DNA of 32,000 nucleotides, taken from assembly GCA_964543385.1 (NCBI GenBank), contig CAZIYE010000001.1, forward strand, positions 120,001 to 152,000. The letters run 5' to 3'. Under the pieces are notes generated by a model. That model saw only the letters and a program-made list of their open reading frames with translations. It was not told where the DNA came from and searched no databases. Below are positions 1 to 6,384 of this stretch, in pieces. The position numbers and the translations under genes are program-made. How positions within the stretch are numbered: the stretch's first letter is position 1; each line of letters opens with the position of its first letter. This stretch comes from an uncultured Candidatus Saccharibacteria bacterium (GTDB lineage: Bacteria > Patescibacteriota > UBA1384 > XYA2-FULL-43-10 > 1-14-0-10-43-13).

Positions 1-1
1 A

Positions 2-205
2 TTTATGGCTGTAATTCTTGTCTTTGCGATTGAAATAATAAACACAGCAATTGAAAAGGTCTTTGATGTTCTGCATCCAGAAAAACATAATATTATAAGG
101 GCTGTTAAAGACGCGATGGCTGGTGCAGTCCTAATCAGTGCCATCATTGCCATCGTAGTTGCGCTTTTAATATTCTTGCCATACATTAAGAAACTAGTAT
201 TGTAG
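2..205 (+). CDS. dgkA: Diacylglycerol/undecaprenol kinase family protein, C-terminal fragment (5' end lies before the window)
   Basis: The frame is open from the window edge. The EIINTAIE...D...KDAMAGAV pattern followed by a terminal TM helix matches the prokaryotic DAGK family. Confidence 0.75.
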   Translation, partial: FMAVILVFAIEIINTAIEKVFDVLHPEKHNIIRAVKDAMAGAVLISAIIAIVVALLIFLPYIKKLVL

Positions 206-270
206 TCTTGCGAAGTAATCATCTATAAGGTAAAATTTACCTTATAGAAAAGTCATTTTTGGAGGGAACC

Positions 271-1506
271 GTGCGAGAATCCAACATTTCAGTCGGTATA
301 GATATAGGAAACACAAAGGTTATTACGTGTGTTGGTAAAATTGATAATGGTTCAATCGACATTATTGGCGTAGGTAAAAGCGAAAATCAAGGCATCAGAA
401 AGGGCGTGATTGTCGATATTGAGGAAACTGTTTCAGCAATATCAGCATCGCTAAATGAAGCTGAGAGAATGGCTGGACTTGCAATAGATAATGCCACTCT
501 TGGTATTTCCGGACCTTTCATCGAGTCAGAACAAAGCAGGGGAGTCATAGCTGTTTCTAGGCAAGATGGTGAGATTAGCCAGGAAGATACACTACGTGTA
601 ATCGAAGCAGCACGCGCAATTCCAAGTCGACCCAACAGAGAAGTTCTTCATGTCTTGCCGATGAACTTTATTATTGATAGCAATGAGGTAGTAAAAGATC
701 CTATCGGAATGACAGGCATTAGACTAGAAGTCCTTTCAAATATTATTTCCGCTTCCTCAAACGCTGTGAAATCATTACTTCGCTCCGTCGAGCAAGCAGG
801 GCTTGCAAGCACAGAAATGGTGTTTTCTCCGTTAGCTACTGCTAAAGTTTTGCTAACAAAAAGACAAATGGATATTGGAGTTATGCTGGTAGATATTGGT
901 GCAGCTACCACTTCATATGCAGTTTACGAAGAGGGCGAACTGATAACATGCGGCGTAGTGCCGGTAGGATCGATGCACATAACAAATGATATTGCTATTG
1001 GATTACGAACTAATATTGATCTTGCTGAGATTATAAAGATAAAATATGGCTATGCTCTTCCTGATAGAGTTGGAGAGAAAGAAGAAATTGACCTTTCTAA
1101 ACTAGATAAAAATGAGGATGGAAAAGTAAATCTTCGGTATGTAGCTGAGATTATAGAAGCACGATTAAATGAAATTTTCTCTTTAATAAAAGATAACCTC
1201 ACACGACTAGACTGCAATGTCGCCCTACCTGCAGGTGTTATCATTACCGGTGGTGGCTCGAAAATTGATGGTATTATTGAAATGACAAAAGAAACAATGA
1301 GATTGCCAGCGGCTTATGGCAAACCGAACATTGAGATCTCCGGCCTTATTGACAAGTTAGATGATCCAATATATTCTACAAGCATAGGTTTGATGTATTG
1401 GGGCAAAGACAGTTCTAATACCCCCTCTACATTAAATTTTGACATACCAGGAATTGACAAAATTGTTGGTAAATTCAAGTCTGCATTTAAAAATTTCATA
1501 CCATAA
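271..1506 (+). CDS. ftsA: Cell division protein FtsA (actin-like ATPase)
   Basis: The track ORF starts at TTG 259, but GTG 271 is preferred because GGAGGG at 261-266 precedes it. It has the [10 protein letters not shown] phosphate-binding motif, an ITGGGS motif and a C-terminal amphipathic helix ([11 protein letters not shown]). It sits immediately upstream of ftsZ. Confidence 0.93.
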   Translation: MRESNISVGIDIGNTKVITCVGKIDNGSIDIIGVGKSENQGIRKGVIVDIEETVSAISASLNEAERMAGLAIDNATLGISGPFIESEQSRGVIAVSRQDGEISQEDTLRVIEAARAIPSRPNREVLHVLPMNFIIDSNEVVKDPIGMTGIRLEVLSNIISASSNAVKSLLRSVEQAGLASTEMVFSPLATAKVLLTKRQMDIGVMLVDIGAATTSYAVYEEGELITCGVVPVGSMHITNDIAIGLRTNIDLAEIIKIKYGYALPDRVGEKEEIDLSKLDKNEDGKVNLRYVAEIIEARLNEIFSLIKDNLTRLDCNVALPAGVIITGGGSKIDGIIEMTKETMRLPAAYGKPNIEISGLIDKLDDPIYSTSIGLMYWGKDSSNTPSTLNFDIPGIDKIVGKFKSAFKNFIP

Positions 1507-1538
1507 AAGTATTAAGTATTCATACCATAAGGACCAGC

Positions 1539-2699
1539 ATGATTGAAAAGAATTCGGAATTAGCCAATTTTGCCAATATCAAAGTTATTGGCGTTGGCGG
1601 CTCTGGAGGGAGCGCAGTCACTCGAATGATAAATTCGAAGCTGCGTGGTATTGAATTTATCGCAATTAATACAGATTCTCAGGCACTCGCTTTCAATGAA
1701 GCACCTGTAAAAATTCAGATAGGCAAAGAGTCAACTAGAGGATTAGGCGCTGGTGCTGATCCAGAAGTTGGTCGCAAAGCTGTTGAGGAAAACAAAGAAG
1801 AAGTATATGAAGCCTTAAAAGGTGCTGATATGGTCTTTGTTACTTGTGGTATGGGTGGTGGTACTGGCACTGGTGCCGCTCCTTTCGTAGCAGATATTGC
1901 AAAAGAACTCGGAGCTTTGACAGTTGGTGTTGTTACCAAGCCTTTTACTTTTGAAGGTATGCGAAGAAAGAAAATCGCCGAGCTCGGTATTGCCGAAATG
2001 AAAGAAAAAGTAGACACATTAATTACCATTCCAAACGATAGATTACTACAGGTAATAGATAAAAAGACTTCGCTTTTTGACGCATTTGGAATTGTTGACG
2101 ATGTCCTCAGACAAGGTGTTCAGGGCATTGCTGATCTTATCATCTACCATGGTCTTATAAACGTTGACTTTGCCGATGTTAAAGCTATCATGTCAGATGC
2201 TGGTAGCGCCCTAATGGGTATAGGTCACGGCACAGGAGACAACAGAGCTATCGAAGCAGCTAGAGCGGCTATTGATTCGCCACTTCTTGAGCTTTCAATA
2301 GATGGAGCAAAAGGCATTTTGTTCAACATTACTGGCGGTCCAGATCTTGGTATGTATGAAATCGATGAAGCTGCAAAAGCTATCACTGAAGCAGCAGATG
2401 CTGATGCCAATATTATCTTTGGCGCCATCATCGATGAAGCCATGCAAGGAGAAGTCAAAATTACAGTTATAGCTACCGGTTTTGAATCAGAACAGAATAG
2501 AACCCAGAAGAAACTTTTCTCTCCGGCTGAAACACCAGTATCAAACATTCCATCTTCTCAAATACTCAGACGAAATGAGAGAGCTTCATTTTTCTCAGAG
2601 CCTGAGCCTCCTCGAATTATGGACCAAAGGATTGTAGAAGAGGAAAACGATGAAGATGAGCTTGAAGTTCCTGCATTCATCCGCAGAAAATTAAAATAG
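1539..2699 (+). CDS. ftsZ: Cell division GTPase FtsZ
   Basis: It carries [10 protein letters not shown] and the tubulin signature [10 protein letters not shown], plus the conserved C-terminal peptide ([10 protein letters not shown]). AAGGA lies upstream of the ATG. Confidence 0.98.
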   Translation: MIEKNSELANFANIKVIGVGGSGGSAVTRMINSKLRGIEFIAINTDSQALAFNEAPVKIQIGKESTRGLGAGADPEVGRKAVEENKEEVYEALKGADMVFVTCGMGGGTGTGAAPFVADIAKELGALTVGVVTKPFTFEGMRRKKIAELGIAEMKEKVDTLITIPNDRLLQVIDKKTSLFDAFGIVDDVLRQGVQGIADLIIYHGLINVDFADVKAIMSDAGSALMGIGHGTGDNRAIEAARAAIDSPLLELSIDGAKGILFNITGGPDLGMYEIDEAAKAITEAADADANIIFGAIIDEAMQGEVKITVIATGFESEQNRTQKKLFSPAETPVSNIPSSQILRRNERASFFSEPEPPRIMDQRIVEEENDEDELEVPAFIRRKLK

Positions 2700-2718
2700 T
2701 CAAATACATAGTTACTAG

Positions 2719-2746
2719 AAAAACAGACTGTTAACAGTCTGTTTTT
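2719..2746 (+). terminator. Rho-independent terminator after ftsZ
   Basis: A perfect 12-bp stem aaaaacagactg / cagtctgttttt has loop ttaa and ends in a T-run. Confidence 0.8.
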
Positions 2747-2775
2747 CATTTTGCTTTACTTTCTGCTTCTGGGTA

Positions 2776-2804
2776 TTGACTACTATATATAGCGGTATTA
2801 TAAT
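2776..2804 (+). promoter_or_regulatory. Sigma70-type promoter TTGACT-17 bp-TATAAT upstream of nrdR
   Basis: TTGACT lies at 2776-2781 and TATAAT at 2799-2804, with an exact 17-bp spacer. Confidence 0.7.
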
Positions 2805-2826
2805 AAATGTATACTATATCTACTTT
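2780..2826 (+). promoter_or_regulatory. Two NrdR-box-like palindromes overlapping the nrdR promoter and 5' UTR
   Basis: Box 1 (2780-2795) has the perfect 10-bp palindromic core CTATATATAG. Box 2 (2811-2826) has the core CTATATCTAC. Each matches about 12/16 positions of the remembered consensus acaCwAtATaTwGtgt, and the centres are 31 bp apart. Confidence 0.5.
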
Positions 2827-2854
2827 ATTATTTTATAATCTTTATACTAAACCT

Positions 2855-3307
2855 ATGCTTTGCCCAGAATGTAAAAAATCAGACACAAAGGTTCTAGACT
2901 CACGGGACGACAGTCGTCTAATACGGAGAAGAAGGGAATGTTTGCGATGTCATTATCGTTTTACTACATATGAGAGAATAGAGTCACCTCGACTTAAAGT
3001 GATAAAGCGAAATGGTATTTCTGAAGAATATGAAAGAGAAAAATTGGCTCGAGGCATTCATCTTGCTTTAGAAAAAAGACCGATTTCCTGTAATCAAATT
3101 GAGAGTACAATTGATAGCATTGAGCACGACATTACTAAACTCAAGACCAAGTATATTACGAGCAAACAAATAGGTAAGTTCGTTATTGAAAGATTGAAAG
3201 AGGTTGATGAAGTAGCGTATCTACGCTTCCTCTCTGTATACAAGAGTTTCGGTAGCGCCTCAAAATTTCAGAAAGAGGCAGAGAAACTAACAAAAGATAA
3301 ACAATAG
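2855..3307 (+). CDS. nrdR: Transcriptional repressor NrdR (Zn-ribbon + ATP-cone)
   Basis: The protein starts MLCPECKKSDTKVLDSRD...CLRCHYRFTTYERIE, which is the canonical NrdR N-terminus. The track start at 2807 would add 16 non-homologous residues and lies inside the promoter. Confidence 0.93.
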   Translation: MLCPECKKSDTKVLDSRDDSRLIRRRRECLRCHYRFTTYERIESPRLKVIKRNGISEEYEREKLARGIHLALEKRPISCNQIESTIDSIEHDITKLKTKYITSKQIGKFVIERLKEVDEVAYLRFLSVYKSFGSASKFQKEAEKLTKDKQ

Positions 3308-3343
3308 AAAAAAACCAAAATATAATTAAATTAAGGAGTACTT

Positions 3344-3673
3344 ATGGCAATTTTGCACCCAGAAACTAAAGATGAGTTTGAGAAAATAGTTAAAGGCGAT
3401 AAACCTGTTTTGGCCGATTTCTATGCAGAGTGGTGTGGTCCATGTCAAATGATGGGACCAATCCTAGACGGTATGGTTGATAATTATAAGAATATAAAAA
3501 AAGTTGAAATAATAAAGGTTGATATTGATAAACTACGAGATGTTGCCTTGGACTTTGGCGTCATGAGCGTACCAACATTTATAATTTTCAAAGATGGTAA
3601 AGCGATAGATACTATGGTTGGAATGAGATCTCAATCGGATTTAGAGTCTAAGCTTGATGATCAATTAAAGTAA
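3344..3673 (+). CDS. trxA: Thioredoxin
   Basis: It is 109 aa with a WCGPC active site and an AAGGAG Shine-Dalgarno upstream. Confidence 0.95.
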   Translation: MAILHPETKDEFEKIVKGDKPVLADFYAEWCGPCQMMGPILDGMVDNYKNIKKVEIIKVDIDKLRDVALDFGVMSVPTFIIFKDGKAIDTMVGMRSQSDLESKLDDQLK

Positions 3674-3712
3674 ATGCTCACAAAGTCACTTTAATTGAAT
3701 CCATCTAAAAAC

Positions 3713-3740
3713 AAAAAAAGCGTTTTAAAACGCTTTTTTT
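3713..3740 (+). terminator. Bidirectional-type intrinsic terminator after trxA
   Basis: The palindrome A7-GCGTTTTAAAACGC-T7 forms a stem flanked by an A-tract and a T-tract. Confidence 0.8.
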
Positions 3741-3741
3741 G

Positions 3742-3770
3742 TTGACCTTTCTTAAAAAAAGTAGTATGAT
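3742..3770 (+). promoter_or_regulatory. Sigma70-type promoter TTGACC-17 bp-TATGAT driving the ORF-free region
   Basis: TTGACC lies at 3742-3747 and TATGAT at 3765-3770 with a 17-bp spacer. No ORF follows for more than 800 nt. Confidence 0.6.
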
Positions 3771-3776
3771 TCTACA

Positions 3777-4210
3777 CGTTTGTGAAACTTCGCATGCAAA
3801 GGAGGTAACAGATTTTGCGTCGAAATATGTGAGTAGTTCCCGTGATGGAGGGAGCGGCATCTAGCTCTTATGCACCTTTCGGAGAAATCTGAGAACGAAA
3901 GATGTTAAACGGAGTGCATATATCAAGCCGTGCCATCACGGGAACTACAGTGAAACACAAAAAAGCAGCTATGCTGCAATACCCCCTTGCCATATTAAAT
4001 ATGGCATTTCTTGCCTGCACCTAGCAGGGTCCTCGAAAGAGGATGCTTTCATCCTATGGCGGCCCCAGACCACGCCTGCTCTCCGAAATATATCGGATCA
4101 AGAGAAACTGGTGCTAAAGTGTGAAACGCGCACTCGCACATGCCTGTTCGGCCAGGCTTCTGGGAGACTTTACATAGGGCGGCTCGGTTAGTATATCGAG
4201 CCGCCCATTG
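3777..4210 (+). ncRNA. Unclassified ~430-nt G+C-rich structured RNA (module 1)
   Basis: No ORF of 60 aa or more occurs on either strand, and G+C is visibly above the flanks. A perfect 16-bp helix pairs 3833-3848 with 3933-3948 and encloses further pairings. Downstream is a series of short perfect hairpins (gcagc/gctgc 3965-3977, gccatat/atatggc, cctc-GAAA-gagg 4031-4042, aggatg/catcct 4040-4055, gcctg/caggc). It ends in a perfect 10-bp GC-rich hairpin, 4177-4186 with 4197-4206. The 5' end is inferred from the promoter. Confidence 0.5.
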
Positions 4211-4219
4211 CTTTACCTA

Positions 4220-4249
4220 TTGACTAATCACTAATAAGTGTGTTATAAT
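4220..4249 (+). promoter_or_regulatory. Candidate promoter TTGACT-18 bp-TATAAT (module 2)
   Basis: TTGACT lies at 4220-4225 and TATAAT at 4244-4249. Confidence 0.5.
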
Positions 4250-4255
4250 ATAATT

Positions 4256-4368
4256 GTTGACAGAGACTAGTGGAATACCTAGTAGCTGCAAAGTTCTTTG
4301 ATGATTTCCTCACCATTTGGTGAGGAAGCATGAGAGAGCAAACCACCTAATTTATGGGTGGTTTTTAT
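4256..4368 (+). ncRNA. Candidate ~110-nt small RNA (module 2) ending in a terminator-like hairpin
   Basis: It contains hairpins actag/ctagt (4266-4283) and a 9-bp ttcctcacc/ggtgaggaa (4306-4327). The terminal stem aaaccacc/ggtggttt (4340-4364) runs into TTTTT. Confidence 0.4.
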
Positions 4369-4377
4369 TATATATAG

Positions 4378-4510
4378 AAAAACGGGTCAGCAAGGTAGCC
4401 GCCCGTTGGAATGAACCTATAGCTCTCTCACAGGAGTGGCCTCTTGCTTTTGCAAGGAGAGGCTTAACTATAGGCTCTGACACTTTATATCTTATAGCGA
4501 GGCCATTGTC
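4378..4510. ncRNA. Structured element (module 3) upstream of pit; strand unresolved
   Basis: Helix tgagagagc (4331-4339) / gctctctca (4422-4430) crosses helix cctatag (4416-4422) / ctatagg (4468-4474), a pseudoknot topology. There is also an internal hairpin at 4439-4463. The minus strand offers ATGACA-17-TATAAG (about 4504-4532) and an acggg/cccgt+T5 terminator, so orientation is ambiguous. Confidence 0.35.
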
Positions 4511-4588
4511 AATTGTCATAAAGGATAATTGCACTTGTTGATAACTTTACTAGACAGAAACTAATTGCCCTTGATAGTATGACAAAGG

Positions 4589-5587
4589 ATGATAACAACT
4601 ACACTAATTCTCATAATAGTGATTATAATTCTGGCGCTGGTCTTTGATTTTACTAATGGGTTCCATGATGCTGCAAACTCTATTGCAACCGTAGTCTCAA
4701 CCCGTGTTCTATCGCCAAAACAAGCTGTCATATGGGCAGCCTTTTTTAATTTTATCGCCTTTTTAGTATTTGGTACTGCTGTTGCAAAAACAATTGGCAA
4801 GGGCATGATTGATATCAGTCAAGTAGATCAAATAGTAATCCTTGCAGGATTAGTCGGCACTATCATTTGGAATCTAACTACTTGGTATTTAGGTCTGCCA
4901 ACTAGCTCTTCACACGCCCTTATCGGTGGATATGCCGGAGCAGCAATCGCCAAAGCAGGTTTTGGAGTCATTATTGCAAGTGGCTGGACTAAAACCTTAA
5001 TTTTTATTGTTTTAGCCCCCACTATCGGTCTAGTTATAGGATTAGTTCTAATTACCACCATTAGCTGGCTTATTCAAAAACAGCCACTTGCCAAGGTGAA
5101 CAAGTGGTCAAAAATACTACAACTATTTTCTGCTGCTCTCTATAGTCTTGGTCATGGCGGTAATGATGCACAAAAGACAATGGGCATCATTGCTAGTCTT
5201 CTATTTTCTGCTGGCATCATGAAAACATTTGATATTCCGCTTTGGATAGTATTATCCTGTCATGGCGCAATTGCGCTTGGAACATTATTTGGTGGCTGGA
5301 GAATAGTCAAGACTATGGGCTCAAAAATTACAAAGCTTCGGCCCATCGATGGCTTTGCAGCAGAAACAGCAAGTGCTATCAGCATCTTCGTAGCTACTCA
5401 TATGGGCGTTCCCGTAAGCACAACTCATGTAATCACTGGCGCCATCTCCGGAGTAGGTGCAGCTAAGAGAATGTCAGCTGTCCGATGGGGAATAACACTA
5501 AGTATTGTTTGGGCTTGGCTTCTTACCATCCCTTTAGCTGCAATATTTTCTTTCACAACTTATCATATAATTAAACTTTTTAGCTAA
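4589..5587 (+). CDS. pit: Inorganic phosphate transporter, PiT (PHO4) family
   Basis: It is a 332-aa polytopic membrane protein. It carries the duplicated signature GFHDAANSIAT ... GGNDAQKTMGII ... STTHVITGAI. Confidence 0.93.
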   Translation: MITTTLILIIVIIILALVFDFTNGFHDAANSIATVVSTRVLSPKQAVIWAAFFNFIAFLVFGTAVAKTIGKGMIDISQVDQIVILAGLVGTIIWNLTTWYLGLPTSSSHALIGGYAGAAIAKAGFGVIIASGWTKTLIFIVLAPTIGLVIGLVLITTISWLIQKQPLAKVNKWSKILQLFSAALYSLGHGGNDAQKTMGIIASLLFSAGIMKTFDIPLWIVLSCHGAIALGTLFGGWRIVKTMGSKITKLRPIDGFAAETASAISIFVATHMGVPVSTTHVITGAISGVGAAKRMSAVRWGITLSIVWAWLLTIPLAAIFSFTTYHIIKLFS

Positions 5588-5596
5588 GGAGTAGCA

Positions 5597-6214
5597 ATGC
5601 AAATTTTCCCTAAAAATATCGACTTCTTTAAGCTTTTTGAAGAACAGGTCGCAGAGCTACAAAAAGCCGTACGTATCTTTCGTGATCTCGAAGAAAACAA
5701 TGATGTGAAGCGCCAAGCCATTAGAATAAAGAAAATCGAGCATTCTGCTGACGAAATCACTCATAAAATAATAATGACTCTAAATCAGACTTTTATTACT
5801 CCTATAGACAGAGAGGATATTGCCTCATTAGCAAGTCATCTCGATGATATTGTCGATGTAATGGATATGGCAATACACCGAATGTACATTTATAGGATGG
5901 AACCAATTCCAAAGGATACGTTCCTATATTTGCATCTGTCCGAAAAAGCAATTACCGAAATAGCTAAAGGCATAAAAGCTTTGAGTCACAAAAAAGGTGA
6001 GAATGAAGTTCTTAAACACTGCGAATTTGTGAATTTTATTGAGAATGAAGCGGATGATCATCATCGTAAAACTCTTGAAAAATTATTCAATGAAGAAAAA
6101 GACGCCATCGAACTTATTAAGAAAAAAGAAATATATGAGCTACTTGAAAGCATTACTGATAGATGCGAGGATGTGGCGAATACCCTTGAAACAATTGTAA
6201 TTAAAAATTCCTGA
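5597..6214 (+). CDS. DUF47 / PhoU-like Pit accessory protein
   Basis: It is 205 aa and helical, with the FITPIDREDI...LDDIVD pattern typical of the DUF47 (TIGR00153) family that pairs with pit. AAGGAG lies upstream. Confidence 0.85.
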   Translation: MQIFPKNIDFFKLFEEQVAELQKAVRIFRDLEENNDVKRQAIRIKKIEHSADEITHKIIMTLNQTFITPIDREDIASLASHLDDIVDVMDMAIHRMYIYRMEPIPKDTFLYLHLSEKAITEIAKGIKALSHKKGENEVLKHCEFVNFIENEADDHHRKTLEKLFNEEKDAIELIKKKEIYELLESITDRCEDVANTLETIVIKNS

Positions 6215-6384
6215 TACAAACAATAACAGTTAAAAAATCCCCCCAGCATATTAAAATATCCTGAGGGGGCGGAATGCTAGGGTAGGCAAAAAACCTGACT
6301 CTAACAATATATCTTTATTATATCACTATATATATTATATGTCAATAGGTGTTCAAGTTCTGTTCGTTCGTCTATAATAGTCTC

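Noticed and set aside
387-2749. Antisense ORFs of 61-107 aa inside ftsA and ftsZ (387-635, 648-911, 1050-1244, 1314-1499, 1715-2029, 2225-2548, 2558-2749).
   Set aside because: They lie entirely opposite strongly supported genes, have low-complexity Ser/Ile/Pro-rich translations, no SD and no family resemblance. They are typical shadow ORFs. The same reasoning applies to the antisense and alternate-frame ORFs inside pit, the helicase, secD/secF, rluD, the flavoprotein and both ATPases.
2807-2854. N-terminally extended starts proposed by the ORF track (nrdR 2807, helicase 6349, maf 10693, cassette-3 ORF 14483, RHH protein 20423).
   Set aside because: The extensions add non-homologous residues and overlap promoters or hairpins. 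Internal ATGs give canonical N-termini (MLCPEC for NrdR, IILASGS for Maf) or have proper SD/-10 signals.
3783-4127. Three copies of GTGAAAC spaced ~169 nt apart as a CRISPR-like or tandem-repeat array.
   Set aside because: Only the 7-mer is shared. The intervening ~169-nt units show no similarity, the spacing is far larger than CRISPR periodicity, and no cas genes are present. I kept it only as a note within the RNA finding.
3865-4190. A 108-codon stop-free frame across the G+C-rich RNA region, considered as a possible gene or pseudogene.
   Set aside because: It has no ATG/GTG/TTG start giving 60 aa or more and no SD. The translation is Cys/Arg-rich and non-protein-like, and the segment is saturated with perfect hairpins. 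I regard it as non-coding, though a decayed foreign gene cannot be excluded.
4317-4541. The 74-aa (+) and 60-aa (-) ORFs in the trxA-pit gap.
   Set aside because: They run straight through the terminator-like hairpin at 4340-4368 and the other stem-loops, have no SD, and give implausible translations. The region is better explained as structured RNA.
3777-4560. Identification of the structured region as RNase P RNA, tmRNA or SRP RNA.
   Set aside because: I checked both strands by eye. There is no GAGGAAAGUCC/ACAGAAnCCGGCUUA pair capable of forming P4. The minus-strand GUAAAGUCUCCC after the 10-bp hairpin and a plus-strand AGAGAGCAAACC string resembling E. coli M1 RNA occur in the wrong order and context. 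There is no tRNA-like GGUUCGAAUCC...CCA end or ...AA-stop tag frame, and no GGAAGCAGC SRP motif. This is not proof of absence, and a covariance-model scan is needed.
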